DNA of 32,000 bases from Telmatocola sphagniphila. GTDB taxonomy: Bacteria > Planctomycetota > Planctomycetia > Gemmatales > Gemmataceae. The position numbers and the translations under genes are program-made. Position 1 is the stretch's first letter. Each line of letters begins with the position of its first letter. This document shows positions 1 through 8,700 of this stretch, piece after piece. The notes beneath the pieces are model-generated. The model was not told the origin of the DNA. It saw only the letters and a list, made by a program, of their open reading frames with translations, and searched no databases. The stretch covers positions 5,460,001 through 5,492,000 of the forward strand of contig NZ_CP074694.1 of the NCBI RefSeq assembly GCF_018398935.1. The letters are read 5' to 3'.

Positions 1-873
1 CACCGATACCGAAACCACACCATCGGCCGTCGGGATGACACCGAAGGTATAGGTGGTCGAGTTCACGGCGGTGAAATTCGTGACCGTGCCATTGGTGGCC
101 GTGATGCCCGAAGCGCTAAATCCGGTGACCGGTTGCGAGAACGTTGCGGTGTAGGTGATTGGCGAGAGCAGGGTTGGGTTACCGGTCGTGGTAGAGAGTA
201 CCACCGTCGGGGCAACGTTACTCGGCGGCGTGACAGGCGTGGTCGACGAAGGTGGGGAACCCGGACCGAAGCTGTTCACCAGATAGCCTTGTTCGAAATT
301 ATTGCCGACACTGCCGTAGCTGTTGCTGCCGCTACCGCCGTGGATCAGGACTTCGCCGCCGAAGTCATTCCCGGCCAGGGCCATGTAGTTGTTGCCGTTA
401 CCAGTTACCAGGGAGAACATCTGGTTGATCGTGGTATCGGTCAAAGTAATCGTGTTGTTGCCCGCCCCGACGGCGATCACGGCTCCTTCATTGGCCGAGA
501 CACCCAGCAATTGAACCGAGTTGTTACCATCGCCGGTCATCAGCATGATCGTGTCTTGAGCGTTCAGGCCCTTGAGGACGATCGCATTATCGCCGCCGCC
601 GTCGACGATGTGATAGCCCTTGCGAATGCCCGACACCGTTACGGAGCTGGTGCCGTTGATGGTCGTATTGGAGTTCAGAGCGGTAATCGTGGCGTCGGTG
701 CCCCCGTAGCTCGCGATCTGGAATTGGTTCGATTGCGAATCCCCCAGAACGTAGAGGACGCCGTCGAAAACCTGTGCGGCGACGTTGCTCGAAAGTACCC
801 GACGGTCTTCGAGAGCTTCCACGCTCGGGCGAAAGCGGAACGGGACGGAATTGACAATTTTCTTAGAACTCAT
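1..873 (-). CDS. Secreted/cell-surface repeat protein, 5' part only (the gene runs off the left edge). It has an N-terminal LEDRRVLS-type motif, ~20-aa GxGNN repeats and an Ig-like module.
   Basis: This ORF is absent from the supplied track because no stop lies in the window. The reverse complement of 873..1 is open for all 291 codons: MSSKKIVNSVPFRFRPSVEALEDRRVLSSNVAAQVFDGVLYVLGDSQSNQF... It contains periodic units VDGGGDNAIVL / MTGDGNNSVQL / GAGNNTITL / TGNGNNYMAL / GGSGSNSY. These are followed by PTVVLSTTTGNPTLLSPITYTATFSQPVTGFSASGITATNGTVTNFTAVNSTTYTFGVIPTADGVVSVSV, a bacterial Ig-like pattern. The + strand ORF 133..891 is its Arg-rich antisense shadow. Confidence 0.75.
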   Translation of the reverse strand, partial: MSSKKIVNSVPFRFRPSVEALEDRRVLSSNVAAQVFDGVLYVLGDSQSNQFQIASYGGTDATITALNSNTTINGTSSVTVSGIRKGYHIVDGGGDNAIVLKGLNAQDTIMLMTGDGNNSVQLLGVSANEGAVIAVGAGNNTITLTDTTINQMFSLVTGNGNNYMALAGNDFGGEVLIHGGSGSNSYGSVGNNFEQGYLVNSFGPGSPPSSTTPVTPPSNVAPTVVLSTTTGNPTLLSPITYTATFSQPVTGFSASGITATNGTVTNFTAVNSTTYTFGVIPTADGVVSVSV

Positions 874-1147
874 GAGCCTCTCCACGGATGACACAGCACC
901 AAGATAATCGGAAGATCTGGGATCGGAAATCACTCCGCAATACCGGTAAAAGATCCCAATTCAGTAAGCCAAGCAAACCGTAACACTTATGACGATGTTG
1001 CCGGTAGGGCCGTTTGGGTTTTTCGCCCGTTTTTTCTACGCGATCGGTACATTTTACCCATACGAGTGTCCTAATCCAATTTTGACCGATATCCACCTGT
1101 TAAAACCGGCTTATTTAGCCAATCGAAAATTCTCATCAATTTCTCCC

Positions 1148-1177
1148 TTGACCTGAATAGACATTCTGTCTTATGAT
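1148..1177 (+). promoter_or_regulatory. Putative sigma-70-type promoter of the blaI/blaR1-like operon
   Basis: -35 TTGACC (1148-1153), an 18-nt spacer, and -10 TATGAT (1172-1177), about 35 nt upstream of the ATG at 1212. Planctomycete promoter consensus is poorly defined, so this is tentative. Confidence 0.3.
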
Positions 1178-1196
1178 GCTCGAAGACAATTTGTCT
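1159..1196. promoter_or_regulatory. Two 13-bp perfect dyads AGACA-N3-TGTCT; candidate operators for the BlaI-like repressor
   Basis: AGACATTCTGTCT (1159-1171) and AGACAATTTGTCT (1184-1196) lie 25 bp apart centre to centre. The first sits in the putative -35/-10 spacer. The second lies between the -10 and the AAGGAG ribosome-binding site (1199-1204). Confidence 0.45.
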
Positions 1197-1211
1197 TAAA
1201 GGAGTTTGGCC

Positions 1212-1607
1212 ATGGCTCGGACGGCTCGGGATGTGACGGATGCGGAACTGGCAATCCTGGAACTGTTGTGGGCGAACGGCCCGTGCAGCGTTCGCCAACT
1301 GGCGGAAATCCAACAGCAGGCGGGAGCCCCGACGCAGGCCGCCACCGTGCAGAAGTTGCTGGAACGACTGGAAAGCAAGGAGTGGGTGGAGCGCCGGCGG
1401 GACGAACCGGTGATGCGATTCTCTGCCCTGGGAAATCGCGACGATCTGATCGGCCAACGGCTGCAGTCGATCGCCGAGCAGCTTTGTGAAGGATCGCTGA
1501 CACCTTTGCTGACTCATCTGGTGAAACAAGAACGGCTCACCAATAAGGACCGCCAGCAGCTCAAGCAGTTGATCGAAGATCTCGACAGCAAGAAGAAGGG
1601 GGTGTGA
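1212..1607 (+). CDS. BlaI/MecI/CopY-family winged-helix transcriptional repressor
   Basis: MARTARDVTDAELAILELLWANGPCSVRQLAEI...ATVQKLLERLESKEWVERRRDEPVMRFSAL matches the Penicillinase_R (BlaI) family pattern. A helical C-terminal dimerisation part follows. The ATG at 1212 is 7 nt after AAGGAG, so it is preferred to the track start (TTG at 1206). The gene is immediately followed by an M56 BlaR1-like gene. Confidence 0.85.
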   Translation: MARTARDVTDAELAILELLWANGPCSVRQLAEIQQQAGAPTQAATVQKLLERLESKEWVERRRDEPVMRFSALGNRDDLIGQRLQSIAEQLCEGSLTPLLTHLVKQERLTNKDRQQLKQLIEDLDSKKKGV

Positions 1608-1608
1608 G

Positions 1609-3573
1609 ATGAACTCGCTCATCGAACTTCAGCTTCGTAATGCCCTGGCGGCCAGCCTCCTGGCTGTGATTGTCTGGGGGGTCTGCCGGTTCGTCAAGCG
1701 ACCGGCGGTACAGCACACACTCTGGATGCTGGTGCTGTTGCGCTTATTCATGCCTCCGATCTGGGCGGTGGAACTGCCGCACTGGCCGACTCGCGAACCG
1801 GAGGTGTTGGCGAAAGTGAAACCGCCGGAAATTCCGGTGGAGAAGCCGGTTCAGAATACGGAACCCGATCCCAGGGATCTGATCGAACCGAACTTGGCCG
1901 CGAACACCAATATTCCCACGCTCCCGGAAACGGCCTTCGATCAACAAGAATCGATACTCCCCGACGTTACGGCTGCCACGTCGGTGCCCCAGGTGGCCGA
2001 GGAAAAGCCAGCCCTCGTGCTCGCTGAGCCCCAGGAAAGCACTCCCCGAATCTCTTTTACCCTGTGGGATCAGATCCTGACGATCTGGCTGGCCGGTTTT
2101 TTGATTCTGCTGACTTTGGGTTTATATAGGGTGCTGCAGTTTCAACGGCTCTTGCGGCTTGCTGAACCGGCCGATGGCGATCTTCACGCCCGGCTCGATC
2201 GTCTGGCCGCGCAATTACGGCTACGTAACACACCGCCGATTCTGATGGTAGCCGGGACGCTGCCGCCGATGCTCTGGCAGGGGAAGATTATTTTCCCTCG
2301 CCAACTGAAGGCTCTCTTATCCCCGGCCGAGTGTGACGCGGTTCTGCTGCACGAACTGGCGCACCTGTCGCGCGGTGATGGCTGGGTGCGCTATCTGGAA
2401 TGGACGGCTTCCCTCGTCTATTGGTGGTTCCCCTTGGTGCGGTTTATCCGCAAGCAGCTGAGGGCGGCCGAGGAACTCAGTTGCGATGAAGTGGTGATCG
2501 CCCGCTTGCCCGAACGAAAAGCTTACGCCACCGCGCTGGTGGAAACGGCTGGTTTTCTGAACGGTCCGTGTCTCGCTGTGCCGCAGTTGGCCAGTGGCGC
2601 GGGTCCGGTTCTTTCTCTCCAACGGAGGATCGTGATGATTATGCAAAGTAATAACCGTCGGCGCAGCCGAACGGCCTGGTTGTTCAGTTTGGCTCTGGGA
2701 GTGGGAGGGTTAACCCTTTCACCCATCTATGCCCAGCAGCCTGCGCCGGCAGCACCGTCCGGTATTCCGGCCACCCGGGCGGAAGCTCCCTCCGATCCGA
2801 GAGCGAAAGAACAATCGACGGAAGATCGAATCCGCGAGACAGATAATCGAATCCGCGATCTTCAAAGACAGCTGGCTGAAGAACAGCGAAAATTAGCTCA
2901 AGAACGGGCGCAAAAACCGAAAGGCACGCCGGAAGAGATCGAAAAAGCCCGGAAGGAACTGACGGAAATCCAGACGACACTGCGTGAGATGAATCAAAAA
3001 ATGATCAAAGCTATGAATCATCTCATGGAATTGGAAGGTCGATCCGGTGCTGCGGGTGGCTTTGCCTTCGGCGGTGGAACTGCTGGTGGAGGAGGTTTTG
3101 GTGGTAGTTTCGGTGGCTTCCGCGGTCCGGGCGATGGCGGCTTCGGCGGTCCGGGCGGTGGCTTCGGTGGTCTGGGCGGAGGTGGCGGCGGTGGCGGCGG
3201 TGGCTTCGGCGGTGGTGCGATAGGGGGTAGGAACACGGGTGGGAGTACAGGCCCAACTCCACCGGCGCCTCCCGCTGCCACTACTCCAGCCCCGGGCGGA
3301 CGTTTGGGCGGACCAGGCGGTCCTCCCGGCATGACCGGTCCTGGAGCATCGGGAGCTCCCAGCATGGGGGGACCAGGCGGGTTCGCGGGGCCAGGTGCCC
3401 CTTCCGCGGACGCCAACCCCGATGCGTTCGGGCAACCGAGCAGTACTCGACGTGCGAGTTCTCCCGAGAATGCTCGCGTTCAAAGCGAATTAGCCCAAAT
3501 GAAGAAGGAAATGAGCGATCTTCGCAATATGATGATGGAAATGCGCGAAATGCTCAAAGCGAAGAAGCCTTAA
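1609..3573 (+). CDS. BlaR1-like M56-family membrane metalloprotease / signal transducer with a Gly/Phe- and Pro-rich low-complexity C-terminal region
   Basis: The ATG at 1609 lies 1 nt after the repressor TGA (gtgTGAgATG), suggesting translational coupling. N-terminal TM helices are present. The HExxH motif HELAH is at 2350-2364 in the context LLHELAHLSRGDGW typical of peptidase M56. A later hydrophobic span is AWLFSLALGVGGLTL. This is followed by a charged coiled-coil-like stretch, GGFGG-type repeats, a Pro-rich stretch and a second charged helix. Confidence 0.85.
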   Translation: MNSLIELQLRNALAASLLAVIVWGVCRFVKRPAVQHTLWMLVLLRLFMPPIWAVELPHWPTREPEVLAKVKPPEIPVEKPVQNTEPDPRDLIEPNLAANTNIPTLPETAFDQQESILPDVTAATSVPQVAEEKPALVLAEPQESTPRISFTLWDQILTIWLAGFLILLTLGLYRVLQFQRLLRLAEPADGDLHARLDRLAAQLRLRNTPPILMVAGTLPPMLWQGKIIFPRQLKALLSPAECDAVLLHELAHLSRGDGWVRYLEWTASLVYWWFPLVRFIRKQLRAAEELSCDEVVIARLPERKAYATALVETAGFLNGPCLAVPQLASGAGPVLSLQRRIVMIMQSNNRRRSRTAWLFSLALGVGGLTLSPIYAQQPAPAAPSGIPATRAEAPSDPRAKEQSTEDRIRETDNRIRDLQRQLAEEQRKLAQERAQKPKGTPEEIEKARKELTEIQTTLREMNQKMIKAMNHLMELEGRSGAAGGFAFGGGTAGGGGFGGSFGGFRGPGDGGFGGPGGGFGGLGGGGGGGGGGFGGGAIGGRNTGGSTGPTPPAPPAATTPAPGGRLGGPGGPPGMTGPGASGAPSMGGPGGFAGPGAPSADANPDAFGQPSSTRRASSPENARVQSELAQMKKEMSDLRNMMMEMREMLKAKKP

Positions 3574-3640
3574 TCCCCACTGAACTTCTCTGCAGCTCGC
3601 GCGGCCACGATGCCGGGATGAGCTAATGATCCTCTTGCCA

Positions 3641-3680
3641 TCCGTGTCGTGGAGTTCCTCCCTCCGACACGGATTTTTTT
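3641..3680 (+). terminator. Intrinsic-terminator-like hairpin plus T7 tract after the blaR1-like gene
   Basis: A 9-bp perfect stem tccgtgtcg (3641-3649) / cgacacgga (3665-3673) encloses a 15-nt loop and is followed by ttttttt (3674-3680). The T tract abuts the ATG of the next gene (3681). Confidence 0.5.
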
Positions 3681-5759
3681 ATGAAGCCACTTTCTCTCCC
3701 GCTTTTCGGTCTCTTATTCGTTGTCTTCGCGGCTCGGGCCGACGATCCCTCCCGTGTCCTACCCGCCGGGGAAAAATCTACCCATCAGCGCACCGAACTC
3801 GTCGATCTCTACAAGAACTACTTCCCTTTTACTCCCCCGGCCACCAAACAGGAATGGGAAAAGCGCCGGGATTTCGTGCGGACGCAGGTACTGGTAGCCA
3901 ACGGCCTTTACCCATTACCCGAAAAAACACCGTTGAACCCAGTCGTGCACGGCAAGGTCGATCGCGAGGAATACACCGTCGAAAAAGTCTATTTCGCCAG
4001 CCTGCCGGGCCATTATGTAACCGGGAATCTCTATCGTCCGAAAACGCGCGGCAAACACCCCGGTGTACTTTGCCCGCACGGCCACTGGGCCGATGCCCGC
4101 CTGATGGTCGAACCGGATGCCGTGGCCAAAAAGCAGATCGACAGCAATGCGGAAAAATATATGCCCAACGCCAAGCAGTTTTTGCAGGCGAAGTGTGCCC
4201 AGCTGGCTCGCATGGGTTGCATCGTCTTCCATTACGACATGGTTGGCTCGGCGGAAAGCAAAGCCATCCCGCACCGCGAAGGTTTCAAGGATGTGCAGGC
4301 CGAACTCTGGCAGCAGAATTTCATGGGCCTGCAAACCTGGAACAGTATCCGCTGCCTCGATTTCCTCGAAACTCTTCCCGATGTTGACATGAAGCGCATC
4401 GGCGTCACCGGCGCCAGCGGCGGCGGCACGCAAACTTTCCTTCTGGGCGCGGTCGATGACCGGGTCAGCTGCATTTTCCCGGCCGTGATGGTCTCCACGG
4501 CGATGCAAGGCGGCTGCGTCTGCGAAAATTGCTCTCTTTTGCGAGTGAACACTGGCAACATCGAGTTGGCGGGAATCTTCGCCCCGAAGCCGATGGCCAT
4601 GAGTGGTGCCAACGACTGGACGAAGGAAATTGAAACCAAAGGTTACCCGGAATTGAAGCAGCTCTATAAGCTCTACGGCGCGGAAGAAAAAGTGTTTGCC
4701 CGCGCCTGGCCGGAGTTTCCGCACAACTACAACCTGCATGCCCGCGAACTGATGTATAGCTGGTTCAGCAAATATCTGCTGGGTAAAGACGAGAAGATCG
4801 TCGAGAAGGAAATCGTCCCGGTGGCGCCCAAGGACCTGATGTGTTTCGACGCCGAGCATCCTCGGCCCAAGGATGAAACCAATGCCGACGGAGTTCGCAA
4901 GTGGTTTACGGAGCAAAGCAAAAAGCAGCTGGAGAAGATGGAGGCGAAAACTCGCCTGGCCGGTCTGAAGGCCTTGGTTTGCGATCAATTTCCCACCAAG
5001 GACGAGTTGAAAGTTGTGAAGATGTTTCCTGAGGAGAAGCTCGCCGATGGTACCCGCGTTCACAAGATCATTGTCGGCCGGAAGAATGAAAAAGACGCGA
5101 TTCCCTGTGTAGGACTGGTGCCGGTCGGCTATCAGGGCACGGGCGTGATCTGGGTGCATCCCAAGGGCAAAGCCAGTTTGTTCGATGAGAAGGGGGAACC
5201 GGTGGCTGAGGTGAAAGCCCTGCTAGCGAAGCAGATCGCGGTGATGTCTTTCGACAGTTTCCTGACCGGCGAACTGGCCAGCGATAAACCTTATACGGTG
5301 GATAAGGTCTATGCCGGGTTCACCTTCGGTTACAATCGTTCGATACTCGCGAATCGGGTACACGACACTTTGACCGCTCTGAGTCTAGTCAAGAACATGA
5401 TCCAGCCGAAGCGAGTATTCCTCGTGGGTTGGGAAAGTGCCGGTCCGCAAGTGGTGATCGCCCGGGCGCTGGCGGGGGATGCCGTCGAGCGCACCGCCGC
5501 CGATCTGAATCAGTTCCAGTTCGAGAAGATCTCGGCCATGAACGATGCCAACCTGCTGCCCGGCGCTTTGAAATACGGCGGCCTGAGTGGCATGTTGGCG
5601 CTCTGTGTTTCGAATGAGCTGCTCGTATATAACCCGTCGGATGCAAACGTGACCGCGTTGGCGAAGGATGCCTACGCCGCGGGCAAAACCGAGGATCTGT
5701 TTGTCGTTAAGCCAGAAAAGCCGGAGAAAAAAGACGTGCTGTCGTGGTTGACGAGGTAG
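3681..5759 (+). CDS. Secreted alpha/beta-hydrolase (acetyl-xylan-esterase / dienelactone-hydrolase-like serine esterase)
   Basis: Signal peptide MKPLSLPLFGLLFVVFAARADD. GxSxG nucleophile elbow in GVTGASGGGTQTFLLG. The long ORF has host-like composition. The substrate cannot be inferred from sequence alone. Confidence 0.7.
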   Translation: MKPLSLPLFGLLFVVFAARADDPSRVLPAGEKSTHQRTELVDLYKNYFPFTPPATKQEWEKRRDFVRTQVLVANGLYPLPEKTPLNPVVHGKVDREEYTVEKVYFASLPGHYVTGNLYRPKTRGKHPGVLCPHGHWADARLMVEPDAVAKKQIDSNAEKYMPNAKQFLQAKCAQLARMGCIVFHYDMVGSAESKAIPHREGFKDVQAELWQQNFMGLQTWNSIRCLDFLETLPDVDMKRIGVTGASGGGTQTFLLGAVDDRVSCIFPAVMVSTAMQGGCVCENCSLLRVNTGNIELAGIFAPKPMAMSGANDWTKEIETKGYPELKQLYKLYGAEEKVFARAWPEFPHNYNLHARELMYSWFSKYLLGKDEKIVEKEIVPVAPKDLMCFDAEHPRPKDETNADGVRKWFTEQSKKQLEKMEAKTRLAGLKALVCDQFPTKDELKVVKMFPEEKLADGTRVHKIIVGRKNEKDAIPCVGLVPVGYQGTGVIWVHPKGKASLFDEKGEPVAEVKALLAKQIAVMSFDSFLTGELASDKPYTVDKVYAGFTFGYNRSILANRVHDTLTALSLVKNMIQPKRVFLVGWESAGPQVVIARALAGDAVERTAADLNQFQFEKISAMNDANLLPGALKYGGLSGMLALCVSNELLVYNPSDANVTALAKDAYAAGKTEDLFVVKPEKPEKKDVLSWLTR

Positions 5760-5792
5760 GAACTCGGTAGCTCGCTAAGGGACGGCCGATCC

Positions 5793-8700
5793 TTATCGGA
5801 ACGTCTCGGCGAGCTTCTTGGCCTCGGGAGTACCGATGTAATCGAACACCTGTACGGCCCGGAGTTGCTTCAAATACTCTGGGGATGGGGTGCCGATGCT
5901 TTCCAAAATCGTTTTAAGACGGCCACGTCCTTCGACCCCGACGATCTGCTCGGCCTTAGACAACTCTTTAGGTATTCTGTCGGCAATCTTCACTAGCTCG
6001 GCGGTCGCTTTTTCCCGTGCCGCGAACCTGTTGGAATCGAGATCTTTGATCCAGTTTTCCACCTGTTTCGGATCGGGTGCGGGAAGTGGCTTCAAATTCT
6101 TCCGGATAACTTCCAGAGCCAAATTGGGATTAGAAGCCAAAGCGCGAATGGCCTGGAAGGCTTTCTTAGCATCTTCATCACCTAAGTCTTTGAACGATTG
6201 TTCCGGGTCGCACTTCAAAGGCTGGGTGGGAATGACTTCCCAGATATAGCAGGGGGCGTCTTCGCTGGCAGCGACCAGGAGTTTTCCGTCAGGCGAGAAA
6301 TTTCCGGAGACAGAGGTCTTATGACCTTCGAATGCGAACATTTCTTTTCCAGTAGCGACTTCCCAGAGTCGTAAATGACCGTCAGCATCACCGGTTGCGA
6401 GCAATTTTCCGTTTGGTGAAAATCCAATCCAGATTCCAGGATTACCAAAAAGCTGGCTATGACTGGGAAGAGTTTGAAATCTTTCTCCTTTGGCTAGGCT
6501 CCAGATAGTCACTGAGCAGGGATTCGAGTTGCCTTCACTTGAAGCGGGATTAGTTGATGCACTATTACAGGCTAGGTACGACCCACCCGGGGAGATTGCA
6601 AGTTGGCGATAGATCAGCGTAGGGTCGGTAATAGCTAGAATTTTTTTTGTGTTCTCGACATCCCAGACACTTATCTCATAGTGTTTCTGATTTTCTTGAT
6701 ACCGATTTGTAATCAATTTCCTTCCATCGTTCGAAAGAAGAAATTTTTCAAATCCATTCAGTTGGTCTGGTGTAAAATGGGCAATTTGTTTTCCCGATTT
6801 AACATCCCAAATGAAAATCGCCTTGTCTAGCCCACCGGTAGCCAATCTCGATCCATCCGCCGAGAATGATTTTTGAAATGGATAATCCTTGTGGCCCACT
6901 AACTCGTGAAGCACTTTGCCAGTGCTGGCCTCGGCAATTAGAAGCGTATTTGGCGACTGAGATGAACTCTTATCCATTTGTTTGTTGAAGACTTTTAATT
7001 TGCAATCTGCTGAGTACGTAATGGACGCTCCGAATTCGTAGTTCGGCTCTTTGGTTCTGCTAATTGTTTTTCCTGTTCGCCAGTCGATACTTGTTAGAAA
7101 GTGCGATCTGGTGAGTATGAGTGACTTTCCATCAGACGAAAAAAGACTTTCAAAGAAGTCCCGCTGTTCGGGTGAATTAGGTAAATAGTTTCTAGTACTT
7201 AAATCCCAGAGACTAATAGTACTACTGCCAAAAATTATACCTGTCAAACTGCTCCCGTTTGGAGAGAAAACGAGGTCTTGCTGATAGTGGAAAGAGTGTA
7301 ATCTACCGATTTTATTTAGACTGACCGCATCAACTATTTCAATGAAATTACCTTGTCCGTTCCCCACAACAATCAACTTTCCATCGGGAGAAACGTCTAT
7401 ACAACTCGCATAAGTATCGACTTTGGCCGAGCGGAGCATTTTTTTAGAATGAATGTCGATGATCTCGACATTTCGAACGAAATTTTCGTTTCGACCTGTG
7501 AGTAAAACGAGGTTTTGGCCATCATCGAGAAAACGGACCCGATATAGAGAGTCTACCGGCGCCGGAATAGTTCCGATATTTCTTAGGGTAGCTACTTCGA
7601 ATATCTGAATGGATTTGTCTGGCTTACCAGCGAATACAAATCGATCACCTTTGGTTGTGAATGCGAGTTCGATTTCACGGGAGTCCGTAATAGTGGCAAC
7701 TCTATGAATGACTTTACCGTCGGTTAAAGATCGCAGTTCGATCGATTCATTCTGCCAGATATAAATAGCATTCTTGCCATTCGGAGTGATTTTAACAGCG
7801 ACTAAACGGTGCGATAATTTGGGATCGAGTCGCAAATCAAAATTAGCGATTTCTTTCTGCTCTTCGATGTTCCAAATTCTAATTGCCTTTTGGTCTGCTA
7901 TGAAAAGCTTCTTGTTATCCTGCGAAAAACCGAGCGAAATCTCTTTTGAGGATAGTACTCCCTGGGATCGGGGTTCAGACGGTTGTTGGATACGAAGCAA
8001 TTCCTTCCCTTTTTCACTATCCCAAATGCGAACCGTAGAATCCTTAGGATCTAGCGAGGCCGAAGCCAGCATCTTGCTATCGGGAGAATAGGCCAGCGCT
8101 ACAACCTCTCCCGCATGCCGAAATCTCTGCGTTCCTAGGCGCACGAGAGCCCCCGGCGGCAACGGCGCGCCTTCGGGATCGATGTAATTCTTTTCCGGCG
8201 GCATCTCCAACGGCTTCTGCACGGCCTTCTCAGAGGGCTTTTCCTTCTCCGGTTGTTGCGAGTTTAGGGTGTTGTAAACTGTTCCCGAGACCAATAAGAC
8301 GCTGGCCGCGATGAAGGCCAGGCTCTTCTTGAAAGCGAGCGCTCCCACACCTCCCGCGAGTGGCAAAACCGTCGAGGATAATGCGGGTGCAAGAATCGCC
8401 GAAGCATTGATAGTGTTGGGAATAGTGGAAGCCAGTAGCGAAGGCAGAGCAACCACTTTAAGTCGCGTACGCAAGCGTTCCCGGGCCCGGGACAATCTTG
8501 AATCCAAAGTGCCCACCGGAATTTTGAGCTCGCAGGCCGCCGCTTCCCGAGAACGCCCCTCGAGTTCGCATAACACCAGAGGATCGCGGTAGCGAGAAGG
8601 CAAACGGGTAATTTCGGCATCCAGGATTTGAAGGATTTCCCGAGAGATCGCGGCCTGCAAGGGATCGCAGTGAATTACTTCCGATCTCGCCGCCTTCTGT

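Noticed and set aside
133-891. 252-aa + strand ORF rich in Arg/Gly (RRGRRRWGTR...)
   Set aside because: It is the antisense shadow of the well-supported minus-strand repeat-protein gene (1-873). It has low-complexity, non-protein-like composition.
3018-3416. 132-aa Pro-rich minus-strand ORF, plus neighbouring minus-strand ORFs at 2893-3483 and 3023-3262
   Set aside because: These are reverse-complement artefacts of the Gly-codon-rich (ggt/ggc) tail of the BlaR1-like gene.
3641-3673. Possible second BlaI operator, because the hairpin arms contain TGTC and GACA
   Set aside because: The orientation (TGTCG-N15-CGACA) and spacing differ from the AGACA-N3-TGTCT dyads at 1159-1196. A terminator hairpin explains it better.
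3915-5159. 414-aa minus-strand ORF inside the hydrolase gene
   Set aside because: It is a typical long antisense ORF of GC-rich coding DNA. It has no motifs, whereas the opposite strand has a signal peptide and a GxSxG motif.
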